From NCBI RefSeq assembly GCF_001194135.2, contig NC_068982.1, forward strand, positions 133,334,587-133,396,185: a stretch of 61,599 nt of DNA, read 5' to 3'. Position 1 is the stretch's first letter, and every line of letters starts with the position of its first letter. This stretch comes from Octopus bimaculoides (taxonomy: Eukaryota). Both the position numbers and the translations under genes were made by a program. The notes beneath the pieces were generated by a model. The model did no database searches, was not told where the DNA came from, and saw only the letters and a program-made list of their open reading frames with translations. Shown here piece after piece: positions 12,812 through 25,005 of the stretch.

Positions 12812-13072
12812 CCATTTCCACATCCAATCATGGTTTGACAAAAAAGTGGTCCTGGTCAATTCTTCTGTGAGAAAAGATTTCAATTTCATTTCTAAGACTT
12901 TTCTTTCATAGAACCTTTCCATTATTAAATCCTGAAAATGTTTAACTCGTACATAAATGCATGTATGACTAAATGTATGTATTATATCTGTGGGACTACA
13001 AGTTGCCATGGGCCCATAGAAAGTGTGTTGCAGGTTGAATGTGACCCACAGGCTGAATGTTGAAGACCCCTG
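11523..13072. mobile_element. Possible degenerate hAT-Charlie element ends enclosing younger insertions
   Basis: caggagtctccaaac at the left and tgaagacccctg at the right resemble Charlie CAGGGGT ends. Flanking 8-mers ctttaagg / ctttacaa match at only 5 of 8. Confidence 0.35.
11781..12074 (+). mobile_element. Young copy of an RTE 3'-UTR-derived repeat with (GAC)n tail
   Basis: CpG-intact and near-identical to the copies at 30277 and 61368. Confidence 0.9.
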
Positions 13073-15744
13073 CTTTACAAGCAAGCATGGAAAATGACAG
13101 TCACAGCTAGCCAAAACAATGTTTGCTTCCTAATTTATTAATGATGGGCAAAAACACTTAATCATTTCACTAAATTATTGAAGAAGATACTACAACCCAT
13201 TACCAAATTCTACAGTAGATCTCTCTATAAAGATGAGATCACTCTTAGATGCTTTACACCAAGATAACTTGGATTAATCCTGCCACATAGGATATCTTAC
13301 AGTGCTAAGTGTACTCAAGGATATTCTACCCAATAACCCAACCCCGACACTGTTCCATCAAAACTCCAAACATTGCTCAAGTTCAACAGATTAGTTAATG
13401 TTATTAGCTAATGAAAGACATCTTTCAACACAGAGTGTTTAAAATTCTCTACCAAAAATAGAACATAACAAAAGCAAACAAGTGCAAAAATAACAGGAAG
13501 AAATTAACTCAATTTCAACGAATATATCAATTATTGCTTTTTATTATTATTATTTTAGAGAATTTTAAACTCTTTCAAAGCTACACGCAAAATCTTTTCT
13601 AAACCAATTCTATTCTTTTATCTTTATTTTTTGTTTTTTTTTTGCCGGTTTCAGCTTTTGGCCATGGTGATACACAACTCAATTTGTTTTATTTCATTAT
13701 TATTGTAAAATTTTGTTATCATCAACCTTTATTTCAAATCATTTAGAATAAGATAATCAGTGGGTCTTCTCAGCATAATCATATCTCTATCATTTACTAA
13801 AAAGTAAGTTCTGCAGGGTGGTACATAAGTCACTCCTGTTGGCATGCAATACTCAAAAACTGATGAGTGGTCATAGATTTCCAGTGCTACATTCACTTGC
13901 AGCCACAAGAAAAATTATTTACAATCAGATTGGTGTCCAAGTTAAAGTATTTATTTTTAGCTACAACTATCCCTTCGTGTTATGTCTGGAGAAAGTCATT
14001 CTCTTTTAGTGCCTTTGTATTTTTGGCATATTTTCCTGAAATTTAGTTTACAAATGAAAATCATATTTTAAAGACACTAGATTTGTTGACAACTTTGCAA
14101 TGTTAGACAAGTAGCTTACATAGAGGACTATTCATTAGCTTTAGTCTTCTGTGTATAGTACATACTAATCTCTGTAATAAACAATTTGGTTTTAACACCT
14201 ACAACTTTTCCTGTTCTTCCTAAAAGCCAAAGAAATGTGCTTCACCCAATAGAAATTAGTGAAACATTGTCCAACAAGGAACCACAATGTCCTCAACAAA
14301 ATGTAGCTCATTTCACATTGTTTCTTAAACCTACTGAATATTGAAAAATAGATAGTTAATGAAGCCTCAAACTAATTATCATTAATACACAACTTATTAT
14401 TTAAACCAAAATTAAAAATAAAAGTCCCAAATAACTTTCTATAATTATAATATATGAAAGTGGGTGCTGAGAGGCTAAACTATAAATGGAAAACAGCACA
14501 AAATATTTAAGGATTATATGCGTATAATACTAGAGCGTTACATTAATTTCTAAAATAGTCACTATTAGAATTTAAATGTATGTATGAAATACAACAACAA
14601 TAATGAAATATCAAGAAAGAGATTTTTTTATTCATGTTTATTGCCAAAATAATTACTTACAAATGTTAAAAAAGGAACAAAATTGATAAAAATGATCTAT
14701 TCAGTGACAATGAATTTACACAAGTATCTCAGAGATTTCTTTCTTTTCCTTTAATATTGTTTGTAATGATAAAAATGCTCTTAGAAATCAAGACAAAACA
14801 CACAACTTTTGACAACAAACAAATAAAGTAACATTCATCACAAAAAAAGAAAGAAAGAAAAAAGAAATATTTACATAGTAAACTAACATCGAGAACAGAA
14901 TCTAAACATTGGAATGTAATTGTAACCAGTGACTTTTGTTTCCGCTAAATTTGGTATGTATTGAGAAGATTTGCATCACTAACAGATAAATATCTGATAG
15001 CCAGACTCAAAATAAAGGGATTCTAGATATATTCACTAGAAAATAGTCTGATAGAACAATTCAGGCTATAAGACACAAGGCTATCCAGACTTAATACCAT
15101 TTAAAACAAAAATAAATTAGAAATTTGAAGTTTAAATATTTGCATGTGACAAAAAGGAAAAGGACAGAAGAAGAAACAGTCAGTTTCAAACGAAAAGTAT
15201 ATTTATATTACAGGTCACACTTATTAGACTTTATAACATAAATCTAATATGTTCTTGAAACAAATGAATTCAAATTTACTTAGCATGAGTTTAACTCGTG
15301 ACAAATCTTCAGATACAATACCCAAAATACCATTCTTTTGCACAACATTAATTTCTTAGACACACATAATAAAATCATTACAAGAGAGAAAAGAAATGAG
15401 ACTGTGGGGATCAACAGCATTATCAGCACAAGCTACAACCAGGATCGAAATTATTTTGTGGACTAGGCTTGTTGGGAACTTCTATTTTACAGAAGAAATG
15501 TATTTTACAGAGGGAATAATACGGATTTCAATTTGGATCTCCAAGTTATATTGGGTTGAAAATTATACTAAATTAACCCACAAGATTATAGAGGGTTTGT
15601 GGTTAAGAAGCTCACTCTATGCAGTTTGGGGTTCAATTCCACAGCACAACACCTTAGGCAAGTGTCTTCTATTATGGCTCAGGATTAAGCAATGCATTCT
15701 GAGTAAAATAATTCGGAATACAGAAATTATGCAGAAGCTTGCCG

Positions 15745-15753
15745 CGCGTGTGC

Positions 15754-15826
<73 letters not shown>
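15745..15826. repeat. (GT)n microsatellite
   Basis: Direct reading. Confidence 0.95.
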
Positions 15827-15984
15827 TACCTTTTGTTCATAGACATCAGTGAAAGGTGTAAACAACAGCAAGGAAGCTCATAAAAATCAGTACCTTCAAA
15901 CAAAAATATTCATCTTGCTACTCTCATTATCATCATAAATGAAGGGAATTAATGCTACTACCCCTCACAAAATCATTACCATCA

Positions 15985-16860
15985 TCACTTAACGTCAGTT
16001 TTCCATGCTGGAAAGCTGCACCAGGTCCCAGTCTAATTTAGCATGGTTTCTACACCTGGATGTCCTTCCTAATGCCAACCACTTTACAGAGTGTGCTAGG
16101 TGCTTTTACATGGCACTGCACAAGCACTTTTATGTGGCACCTGCACAAATGCTTTTTATATGGCACTGGCACAGGACTCTTGCTAATCAATCCTCTTCCC
16201 CAGGGGGAGTGGCCTCAATACTTCTGCTGTGGAGTACAGGTTTTCTTGAGTACAGCAAGGTACCAGGTATCTCAGTCCTTTGTTATCTCATCTGAAGAGT
16301 TCAGCATCTCAAAGTTGTCATTCAGTACGTTATCCCATGTCTCTCAAAATAAATGTGTTCCATTTACTTTGAGAGACTGGCACTTCTTTATAGAGCTGTC
16401 AGTATCTATCTGTATCACATGACCAAACCAGTGCAGTCTTTTGCACACTGCATCTAATTCCTCTTGTGCCTAACTTCTCTCTCAATACACTAGCACTCTG
16501 TCGAATATGTACACTTACATTACACATCCAACTAAACATATTAGCCTTATTCCTCTCTACCCTTTGCATGTCCTCTGCATTCAGGGCCCATGTCTCACTA
16601 CCATGTAGAATTGCTGTCCATATACATGCATCATACAATCTTCCTTTCACTCAGATAGAGAAACCTTTCATAGCCAACAGAAGTAACAGCTCTCTGAATT
16701 TCCTTCATCCTATTCTCATTCAAGCTATTACACTCTCCGTACATCCTTCCCCAAAACTAATTTGATTCCCTAAGTAGCAGAAATTATCTACTACCTCCAA
16801 TGAGCCACTAGGGCATTTATATTGCATTTTGCTGGAAACTGATTCTCTCAAAACGTGATA
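15985..16860 (-). mobile_element. 5'-truncated RTE LINE (ORF C-terminus plus 3' UTR tail)
   Basis: LEVVDNFCYLG and LHGSETWAL motifs are contiguous with the gcatggaaa...acgttaa(gat)n tail. Confidence 0.9.
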
Positions 16861-18841
16861 CAAATAAATTTTAAAATAAATAAATAACAGATTTCATTTC
16901 AGAATGGTGGTATCAAGAATGACAACTTCACTGATAAAATTGGTTGTTATCAAAGAAGAAAATGTATGTAAGTGACTCGCATTCTTAAATTACTAACATT
17001 ACATAAATACAGATTATCCCTTGGTTTAAAGAAAAAGAAAAATCACAATTAAGCACTGGCCCCAACAGCCTCCCTGAGTTTAAGAGACAATAACATTTTG
17101 TAATCAATACAACTGCTATATGTAGTGAATATTTACATGGCATACTTAATAATGAACTAAAAGAAACCCAAACTATGTGACAATATATAACAATGTGCCT
17201 AAAATTATTAGTAGCAATCCAGATTTAGAGAAAACCTGTGTATAGTCAGAAAATAATCTATTTATGCAATAAATTGAAACCTGAGAATTGTACAGAAGGG
17301 GAAATGGTTTTCATATGCAGGACTTCCTTGTGATAAAGTGAAGCTGTTACTTCTGACAATCAAAACAATGGTACCATCTTGATGTTACACTATGGTGGCC
17401 CATCTGCACAATAGAGAAATCTTAAATAGAAACAGATGTTTTAGCAGGATAGTTCAAATCAAACTTTATATTGCAGTGTTTGCTCTTGAGTAATGCAATT
17501 CCCCTCCATCTTCTACATAAAAGGGACCAATATTTAAATATTTCTAGACAAAAGGAATTCAATCAGACATCCCAAAAGTAAAAACAAAACACTAGTATTT
17601 TTACTGGTCATTTGACTATGAGCATTGCAGAGCCACCTCATTCAAGAGTTTAGTCAAGCATTTCAACTCTACAATTTATTTCAGCCTAACAATATTTTAC
17701 TGATCCTTGCTAGGTGAACCACAGAACACAAAGGGACGGGACACACACACACACACACACACACACAATGGACATACAGTTTCTGTCAAGTATATTCTTC
17801 TCACGTTAGTAATGACGACATTACCCAAAGTGGTGTGCAATGGGATCAAACTTGGAATCACAAGGCTACAAAGTAAACATCTTAACCACACAGTAATGAA
17901 CAGAGGGATATAAAAACATTCAGAGTGTGGAACAAAGAAAGAAAAAAGAGAGAGAGAGAGGGAGGGGGGACCAATTCAAGTCAATAGAAATCACAAAATA
18001 AGACTAGGTATCAAACTGTTAAAGTGTGTTAGATTTATTTTTTTGCATGAATTTCCATAAAAAAATAATCAAAAGAACTGTGTTCATCTCCTGTTTGTCA
18101 AACTTGAACCTTTTAACATGCATAAAATTAATGAGATTAAATATGTTGATGTATGATAAATAAAAATGAAATTATGAAGCTAAGAGAAAAGTGATTTAGT
18201 AAAGGCTAATCCTGTCACCAAATGTGCTGCCAACAAGACCAGGCATAGCTGGTTTCATATAAATGGCACTTTCTTTATGGTGGCTGGATTTCGCTGGTTG
18301 GAATGTTGGAAGGTCAAACAAGAAATAACAACATCTCTCTCTAAGAGGATATGTTCTTTTTAATCTATCACAGTTAAGTAAACTAAGGCCAACAAAATTA
18401 AATTATCCAGGAACAACAAAACATCTAGAAAAGACTATGAATTCACATAAGAAATCAAAATGCCTAGTATATATTTTGGCATTTAACATTTCAGAAAATA
18501 TTTGGCTGATATTACAAATTTAAAAAACATCAACAGCAATAACTAAAGACACAGAAAACAACCATGACTATAATACAAATGAAAATAAACAAAATTTAAA
18601 AAAGACAAAGATGACATTTGAAATTTGGAATGTATTATTAGAAGCAATCACATCAAAAACAGATAGATGCATCTACACTATTTACATATTAATAAATAAA
18701 AAGTGAACAGATTCAAAATAAAAATTGAAAAACACTCATAAAAATAATACTGAAAAGCACATCAAAATACTGTACATTTTAACCATAACAATGGAATGCA
18801 AATTTTTGGATATATTCTCTTGTCACTTTTCCCATATATAT

Positions 18842-19018
18842 NNNNNNNNNNNNNNNNNNNNNNNNNNNNNNNNNNNNNNNNNNNNNNNNNNNNNNNNNNN
18901 NNNNNNNNNNNNNNNNNNNNNNNNNNNNNNNNNNNNNNNNNNNNNNNNNNNNNNNNNNNNNNNNNNNNNNNNNNNNNNNNNNNNNNNNNNNNNNNNNNNN
19001 NNNNNNNNNNNNNNNNNN
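18842..19018. other. Assembly gap
   Basis: N run after a short (TA)n. Confidence 1.
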
Positions 19019-19858
19019 AGATTTCACACTACATTTTTACCTTGAACAACAAGTTTACAAAACAAATTGAGACAAAACTAAAGAAAAGAAAATTTTCAAT
19101 GTTTATATATATAAAACAATACTAATTTAAGTAAATTTCTAAATATAATGAATAAACCAGTTTTCAGCTTGATCTGACAGTCTCATGTGGTTTTTGTTGA
19201 AATTAAAAAGAAAATCTTTTTTTATATAAAAAAAATGGTAATAGATAGACTAATCAGAGTTAATGTAATAAATATTAATATCACAGAAAACTGTTAACTG
19301 AAAGGATTGCAAAAAAATGGATAAATAATTATACAAAGTGACTTTCTACATAATTTTATAATGTTTTAAAGTAATTGCATCACTGTTAGTTCCAACAATG
19401 AGTATTCCAGATGTCTGATCAACTGAACTGCCAACTCACTAAATTAGCATGTAAGTGGCTGAGTGTTCTACAGACATGTATATACTTAATGTAACATTCA
19501 AACTGAATCAGTGTTACATAGCATATGACAAGGCTGGTGTTTCAAATTACAGGTACAGTCCATCCAATGGGCTTCAATGCAGTTTCCATTGATCCAATTT
19601 CACTCATAAGGCATAGGTCAACTTCAAGTAAAAGACCCTTACCCAGAATGCAGCACAGAGGGATTGAACCTGGGATATGATGATTGCAAAGCAAACTTCT
19701 GAACCACCCCAGCTGCAGTGACACCCACTAGTCTAAAGTAAAACGATAATGTCACTATATCGTAAAGTTACATCATCACTATTATAGGTATGAGTGAACC
19801 AGAGACTAAAAAAGGAGAAATAATGTTACTAATATAATTACCATCATTTCCCTCGACC

Positions 19859-20087
19859 TTAACTCTTTAACATTTGAACTGATCATATTTGGCCCAAATA
19901 TTCTACTTGTCTTATGTTCAAACTGGCCAGATCCTGCCTCTTACACCTAAACTACAATTATCATTCTAAAAATAAACAAGCCCATCATTGAAATCTTGAA
20001 GCTATGAGATAATGATTGATTAATGCAAAACAATGTTAATAAATAAGCATTATATTTGTCAGAAAAATTTGAATATTAAAGGGTTAA
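19859..20087. mobile_element. TTAA-flanked piggyBac-like MITE
   Basis: ttaactcttt...aaagggttaa ends. A related copy lies at 46505. Confidence 0.7.
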
Positions 20088-20352
20088 TGCTTAAAATTCA
20101 AAATTCTTAGAAATGAATTTCATTTGCTAATAACTATTACTAGCTATGAAATGAAAACTTATCTAAAACAATAAACCAACAACCAATCAAAGTTCTCTCG
20201 AAAGTATAAACTAATTATGTTAACAAATACAGTTGATTTTATTTGACTTAATGTATTCTAATACTTAAATGCAATTTTTCTTTCTTCAAAGAAAATGTTT
20301 CAAAGAATTACAAAAGAAGGAAAATAGGAAAAATGTCTGTATTAAATCTAAA

Positions 20353-20532
20353 CATATCTATTAAAGAAAAGAATCAAATTATTTTAAATATTATTAGAAT
20401 ATTTTAAAATTTTCATACTCAGATAATTTGAAGATGTCTTAAATCTTTATATCTAATCATATCTATTAAGGAAAAGAATCATCAATTATTTTAAGTATTA
20501 TCAGAATATTTTGAAATGTTTATATTCAGATA
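20353..20532. repeat. Direct tandem duplication, period 105 bp
   Basis: catatctattaa(a/g)gaaaagaatc...cagata occurs twice. Confidence 0.8.
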
Positions 20533-21275
20533 TGTTCTGAATAACACTGGTTCAGGATTGCAAGTATCTAACTGAAGTGTAATTTTGGGGGAAACCTAAG
20601 AGAATATTATGCTATAATTAAACTATAGAGATCAAACTGATATGATGTATAATTCATTATATATTGTACATCACACTTAAAATACTGCAATCGTTACACC
20701 TGCCAGAAAATTTATAAATACGTAGAATACAACAATTTACTTTTGAGAGCAAATCAAATTTTAAGTGTTTAAGACCCATATAAACAGAAAGAAAAAGGTT
20801 TTACTAATAGAACTTAGCAACGAATTCCAGAGCAAACACAAGTATATTTTTCAGGACTCTTGCTGAATAAAGCTAAAATATTCTTTTTTATATTAAATAT
20901 TATCCATAGTACACTGAGCTTAATGAACAACTCTATTATGTTGTTGTTAATATTTTAAGAGACCACTGGAAAAAAAAAACTTATGATATAAACAGTAACA
21001 GTTTTCATTTCAACTATTAGATCTTTGGTTACAAAATAATCATTTTCTTATTAACAGCAACATTAAACTACAGACTTGCTGCAACTCATAATACTGTTAA
21101 TGAGAACAAAAAACAAAAAAAACAAATCAAAATAAGATTTTCTTTTCTTTTTTTTCCAGTCTGATATTGCTGTTATAATTGTTTGAGATTATCCTGTGCC
21201 TTTTAACAAACAGGAGCTAATTTTTACAATTCTGTTCTCTCACAATAATTTACTTGATTAAAAGTATGTCTGCAA

Positions 21276-21524
21276 TCAAAATCGGCCAGGAAAGCCAAGA
21301 GCTGTTCGAAATCTGCTGGGATAGGGAACTCCTCGGGTAAGTGGAAGGGAACTGAGAAATGACATCATGTTCTTCGGGGTAGGTAACAGTGCCCGTGACA
21401 GAGGGCCAGCTCCTACAATTGAGCGCTGAGTGCTAGCCGCAGCAGCAGCCAACATTTGGGCGGAGGATGCCCAGTGCCGCTGATGGGATCGCTTCAGCTG
21501 CAGCAGAGGACCGAGCAGTTTGCC
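21276..21524 (-). CDS. Candidate TFG alternative last exon, 82 aa (GKLLGPLLQLKRSHQRHWASSAQMLAAAAASTQRSIVGAGPLSRALLPTPKNMMSFLSSLPLTRGVPYPSRFRTALGFPGRF*)
   Basis: About 57% GC with 11 CpGs in AT-rich intron. CTGAC branch site (A at 21551), pyrimidine tract and ctttcag acceptor. Phase 0 in frame with exon 6 and open for 82 codons. No transcript evidence. Confidence 0.55.
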   Translation of the reverse strand, partial: GKLLGPLLQLKRSHQRHWASSAQMLAAAAASTQRSIVGAGPLSRALLPTPKNMMSFLSSLPLTRGVPYPSRFRTALGFPGRF

Positions 21525-22522
21525 CTGAAAGTGTCAATAAAAACACAATGTCAGACTTATGAGACAGGAGAGAGGCCGAAGAAGAGCAAGGGAAATTACA
21601 GGCTGACAACCTGCAATAGTGGAAGTGGCAATACAAAATGTAGTGTGAATTGCGGCTACATTTTAATTAGTTTTGGCTTAACTAAAATTGTTTTCATTTT
21701 ATAATCTAATTTTGAAAGTTGTATGTAGAATCATAAAGTTTGGTTATATGACATTTGGTGTAATTAATATGGATCACTATAAATGTGTAATTGTGTTCTG
21801 GCTTATTGATATCGGTTTACAAAAAAAAAAATTAAATAAAAGGATCTTTAAACATAGAAGAAAGCAAGCTTTTATTTTGATATGGGAAATCATAGACGAT
21901 ACAAAAGTCTAATCAAGATGCTATTGTGAATTATTGAAATTCTATTAATCAGCTGCTAAATGTTATCAAATATACTTAATAGATAAAAGGTAATAGAAAA
22001 ATAATTTCTGTGCTTGGAGAAAGAGAGAGTGCACATGTGTATGTGTGTGTGCGTGCACGTGTATGCATGTATATGTGCGTGTTGATTTTAAATACTGAAT
22101 GTACAACTAAAAGTTGGTAAAAAAAAAATGTAAAAGACAAACACCAAATTTCCACTGAAATGCATTTTGAATCATTACTTTCTACTTGCACAGAAATCAA
22201 GTAGTAAAAGTAGTCATCATATTTTATAAAGTTTTCAAAGAAATGTTTGTCAAAGGACATAATTATTTGAAGTGTAAATAGGAAAATGTTATCATCATAG
22301 AGTACAATATAGAGATGGACATTAGACAATGAATACAATCACATTATTAAATGAGGATGAAATGCCAACAATATACATTAATATATTCCAAACTCTAATT
22401 GGATAATTAATGTCTGATACACTTCAACCTCTTGTCCTGGCTGAACTCATCCCACTTCCATCAAACTTTATTCATACAAATGTATGTTTGTATACACACA
22501 CACACACACACATTCACATATC

Positions 22523-23731
22523 TACAGGGTCTTGCAGATAAACTGAGACCAATTTTGAGCAGCTGACTTAGAAGGTTGACCATTTTATTTTTTGACAAAA
22601 CCTTGCTTGAAAATCTAATCCTTCTCTTTATTTTTCAGATAAATAGCAAACTTATTTGACAACTGAAAGTCATGGAACAACAGAATTGTTCTGCCTGTTT
22701 TGCCACACACTAGGCACACTTCCAATAAAATTGTTAAGTTGATGAAACTTCCAAAAGCAACAGTTTATCATGTCTATAAACAATTTAAAGAAGAAGGAAA
22801 GATTGAAAGAAAAGAACACAAGACCCAAAGTGATTCCAAGCGCAATCCAAAGTTTTGCACTGGCCTCAAACATTTAATTGAAGTCAACCCACCCACATCC
22901 ATGACAACTCTTGCAAAGAAATGCAATGTTCCCTTTCCAAAGTGTCCAGAGCTGTGAACAGGAGCTTTGGCAGGACTAGCTATGTTCAATGACACCATCA
23001 ACCCCTAACAGCCAAGACCTAAGTAATCAAAGCCAAGTGATACCCAAAGCTTCTGTTAGTCATCAAGCATCAAGGTGCAGGAAAAACTCTCATGTTTGTG
23101 GAAAAGAAGAATTTCACTGTGGACGCTGAGAAATTCTCAAGTGATTGCATACAACCCTTCTGACATCCCTATTGTATTTGAGGCTAAGAATCCTGCCTCT
23201 ATGAGTGATGGAAGTGTCATAGATCCACACTTCATTGAGTCTAGCTTGAAGATCAACACATCTTGAAGAACTCTGTTATCTTGGATGGAGCAGAAGTTTG
23301 AGCTTGACAATGTGGTACTAATCCAAGATTCTGCACTATGCCAGGGGCCAAAAGCATCACAGGCCTTCCTTGGTGAGAAGGTGCCATTTTTTGAGAGGGC
23401 TAACATCTGGTCCAGTAATAGTCCAGATCTCAACCTTCTCGATAACTTTTTATGGGGTGTACTTCAAGCATGTACCAATGCTTTACCACACTCGAAAACC
23501 TGCATTGTGCATGCGACATGCAAAATCAAAAAAGGCAGAGGTTGCAGCAGCTGCAAAAAATTTCGTTCTTGTGAGGAGGCAGTAATTGCCCTAAAGGACA
23601 GCCATATTGAGTGATGTTTTAGTTGTAATAAATGTTACTTTAAAATTATATTTGGCTACTAGCATTATTTTAGTATTTATAACCAGTTTTATACATTGTA
23701 AAAACTGTCTCAATTTATACATCTATTCCTA
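22523..23731 (+). mobile_element. Decayed Tc1/mariner DD37D (maT/Bmmar1-like) transposon
   Basis: HTH fragment (KLPKATVYHVYKQFKEEGKIERK) and catalytic fragment QDSALC...WSSNSPDLNLLD with 37 residues between the aspartates. TA-flanked degenerate TIRs share ataaa(c/t)tgagac. Confidence 0.85.
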
Positions 23732-23779
23732 GCTTCAGTCTTGATCATTCTTTCTCTCTCTCTCTGTGGCCGAGTAACC

Positions 23780-24180
23780 ATGTATCTCCTCTACAGCAAG
23801 ACACCTGTTTCTGTCTCGCTGTCACACTAACCTTTCATCATTTGGCACAAGATCATCTCCTCTCAAAGGATCTTTGTCTTGCAAGTTACCTGGTGACTCA
23901 GTCAGTGTTGGTGCCACGTAAACAACATCCAGTTCACACTGTAAAGTGGTTAGCATTTGGAAGGGAATCCAGCTGTAAAAACACCATGCCAACACTGACC
24001 TCGCCTATGCTCATGCCGACTCCACTCTGCAAGGTAGTCGGTGTTTGGAAGGACATCCAGCAGTAAAAACCACGCCAAATCAGACAGTGAAGCATGGTGC
24101 AGTCTTCTGCCTAGTCAGCTCCTGTCAAACCATCCTAACCACACCAGCATGGAAAGTGGGCATTAAATGATGGTGATGAT
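23780..24180 (+). mobile_element. Older RTE 3'-end-derived copies in tandem
   Basis: Two ggaagg(g)...atccagc(t/a)gtaaaaac segments ending gcatggaaagtgggcattaaatgatggtgatg. Confidence 0.7.
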
Positions 24181-24699
24181 ACACACACACACACACACAC
24201 AGTGTCAATCATTTTATGCCCACTTAGCATTTTGATACGAGTTGAAAAAGTTGTTACTGTTCTCTTAGGCAAGCCAGAGGATGATATCTCACTCAAAAGT
24301 TTCATTTAGATTTGATTTCTACAGCTGGATGCCCCTCCAAGGACCAACAGTAAAGTACAATTTTACTAAATGTACTGGATACATTATTATGATACTAACA
24401 CTTGAGTCAAATCTCTCTGACAATGCAGAACAACCCTCTTGATCCTAAACTTTACAAAATTACAAGGTGTATTTTATCATGGAAATAGTACTAAGGAGAA
24501 TTGCCATAAGCTCAACTAGATTAGAGAAGTGCATCTGTTCCCTATGATACTGCTTGCCAACCACTACAGAGAATATAATGGACCCATTTAATCATAGCAC
24601 TAGCATTAGCGAAACTGCCTTTTAATCTCTGATTTTTTTCATCCACTGAAGATGAGGTATCAGAGAAGATACTCATTTCAATCATTGGACTATGGCCAT

Positions 24700-25005
24700 G
24701 CAGGGCAACTGCCTTTAAGGGTTTTAGTCAAAAAGATTGACCCCAATATTTATTTTTTGGTCTCTTTGGCTAAGTTAAAAAGTTACATGAACTTAAACAA
24801 ACCAACATCAGTTGTCAAATAAGGGTGAGGACAAACATACAATCATATCTGTACGACGAGCTTCCACAGTTGTTTCTGTTAACTAAATTCACTCAAAAGG
24901 CAACTCATGGCTATAGTAAAAGACACTTGCTCAAAGTGTTGTACAGTGGGACTGAACCCAAAATCATGTGGTTGCAAAGCAAGCTTCTTACCACACAGCT
25001 ATAGC
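24700..25005 (-). mobile_element. tRNA-derived CORE-like SINE
   Basis: Colinear with 2985-3328. Confidence 0.7.

Noticed and set aside
15396-15842. 148-aa plus-strand ORF
   Set aside because: It runs through a SINE head and a (GT)n repeat, and no protein is recognisable.
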